Source: Octopus bimaculoides (taxonomy: Eukaryota). Taken from it: 50,700 nucleotides of DNA. The notes under the pieces are model-generated. The model ran no database searches. It had not been told where the DNA came from and saw only the letters and a list, made by a program, of their open reading frames with translations. A program made the position numbers and the translations under genes. Where the stretch lies: the NCBI RefSeq assembly GCF_001194135.2, contig NC_068989.1:5945872-5996571 (forward strand), in the 5' to 3' direction. Positions within the stretch are counted from its first letter, which is position 1. Each line of letters starts with the position of its first letter. Below are positions 49,083 to 50,700 of this stretch, one piece after another.

Positions 49083-49280
49083 CGATGAGCTGGGCGAATC
49101 GTTAGAACGCCTTACGAAATGCTTAGCGGCATTTCGTCCGCCTTTACGTTCTGGGTTCAAATCCGGCCGAGGTTGACTTTGCCTTTCATCTTTTCGGGGT
49201 CGATAAAATAAGTACCAGTTGAGCATTGAGGTCGATGTATTTCGACTTGCCCACCGCTTTGCGCCGAAATTTGAAACCAT
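49083..49280 (+). mobile_element. SINE family B, full length
   Basis: tRNA-like head gcgatgagctgggcgaatcgttag..ggttcaaatcc, body ..ggggtcgataaaataagtaccagttgagc. Confidence 0.9.
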
Positions 49281-49309
49281 TTGAATTAACTAATTAAATG
49301 CAATCAAGG

Positions 49310-49540
49310 CGCTGGCGTGGCTGTGTGGTAAGTAGCTTGCTTCCCAACCACCTGGTTCTAGGTTCAGTCCCACCGCGTGGCACCTTGAGCAAGTGTCTTC
49401 TGCCATAGCCTCGGGCCGACCAAAGCTTTGTGAGTGGATTTGGTAGACGGAGACTGAAAGAAGCCCGTCGTATATATGTATATATATTTATGTGTCTTTG
49501 TGTCTGTGTTTGTCTTCACACCATTGCTTGACAACCGTTT
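49310..49540 (+). mobile_element. SINE family A, 3'-truncated
   Basis: Family A head and middle. Confidence 0.9.
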
Positions 49541-49549
49541 GTCTCCTTT

Positions 49550-50200
49550 CTAATAAAGGCACAGTACCTGAAACCTTTGGGGGAGGGAACTAGTCGATTA
49601 TATCGACCTCAGTGTTTCACTGGTACTTGATTTATCGATCCCGAAAGGATGAAAGGCAAAATCGACTTTGTTGGAATTTGAACTCAGAACGTAACGGCGG
49701 ACGAAATACCACTAAGCATTTCGTCCGGCGTGCTACCGATTCTGCCAGCTCACCGCGTTCATTTGCTCTAAATGATCTTTTGTACTCCAAGCACAAAGCT
49801 CGAAGTTTGGGGGGAGGGGCCAGTCGATTAAATCGACCCCAGTACGTAAATGGTACTTAATTTATCGACCCCGGAAGGATGAAAAACAAAGTCGGCCTCG
49901 ACGGAATTTGAACTCAGAACGTAGCGGCAGACGAAATACCGCTAAGCATTTTGTCCGGCTTGCTAACGTCTCTGCCAGTTCGGCGCCCTCATCTAATCTT
50001 AAATCTCAATTTCTAACATAAGTAAAAGGCATCAAATTTAGGGGACGATGGACATTGTAGATTATATCGATATCGATTCCATTGCTTGTCTCGCTCTTTA
50101 TTCTGTCGACTCCTCAAAAATGGAAAAAGCAATATCGACCTCAGCAGAATGTGAACTTAGAACGTAAAGTTATTTAAATATCGCAAGTCAGTTTCGTCCG
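49550..50200 (-). mobile_element. three tandem SINE family B copies (about 49550-49757, 49785-49990, 50020-50200)
   Basis: Three repeats of gtcgattatatcgacc..aaa(g)tcgac..gaatttgaactcagaacgta. The third is the most degenerate. Confidence 0.85.
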
Positions 50201-50375
50201 TTTCTCTGCTGAGACTGGCAGACACAGTTTAACTGAACGTAAATATTGACTGAGAAAACATGACATTTAACGCGCACGCGCCCACACATTATGTATAAAC
50301 AGAAGCAATTCCAGATTTATTCGAATAAAGGCATAAAAAACTCACACACAAACACATATATGATATCTATACCTA

Positions 50376-50417
<42 letters not shown>

Positions 50418-50450
50418 GATAGATAGATAGATAGATAGATATGCATACAA

Positions 50451-50495
<45 letters not shown>

Positions 50496-50700
50496 TACAT
50501 ACATATATACATGGTGTTTCTGTGTATACATGTATACATACATACACATACGTACATTGGTATGTATGTATGTATGTGTGTGTGTGTGTGTGTGTTGTAT
50601 GTATATTCTTTTCTTCTTTTACTTGTTTCGCCATGCGGTTGCGGTCATGCTGAAGCCCCACCGTGGTCTTTCGGATTTCCTCAGTGTGGGGTGTTTCACA

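Noticed and set aside
2308-49280. Long ORFs in the ORF track (up to 363 aa)
   Set aside because: They run through N gaps and (TA)n/(TG)n/(GA)n repeats, giving X, YI, HT or LS runs. They are not genes.
50655-50690. Minus-strand CTGAGGA-aatcc-GAAA
   Set aside because: No stem II pairing and no NUH triplet, and it is at the window edge.

Overview
Repeat-dominated eukaryotic DNA, inferred to be cephalopod (Octopus-like draft assembly) from the SINE families, very dense microsatellites and 13 N-gaps (about 4.9 kb, mostly abutting microsatellites). I recognise no intact cellular gene, rRNA, tRNA gene or CRISPR array. Nearly all ORF-track entries are microsatellite, gap or TE artefacts. The sequence supports dozens of copies of at least three tRNA-headed SINE families, degenerate DNA transposons (pogo/POGK-like, three mariners, hAT/ZMYM-type, a Tc1/mariner deletion derivative with both TIRs) and retrotransposon remnants (Penelope-like RT and GIY-YIG, CR1, RTE). 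The best leads are: (1) several minimal hammerhead-ribozyme motifs, one with an intact core at 19842-19886, sharing an extra nucleotide before stem II and showing stem covariation, two of them in back-to-back palindromes; (2) a phase-compatible three-exon candidate for a 52-aa peptide precursor with a KRRKR site (44123-46693); (3) a STAT/NF-kB-like motif cluster (7216-7338); (4) fold-back structures. All calls were made by eye. TE boundaries are approximate and family names need Dfam/Repbase confirmation.
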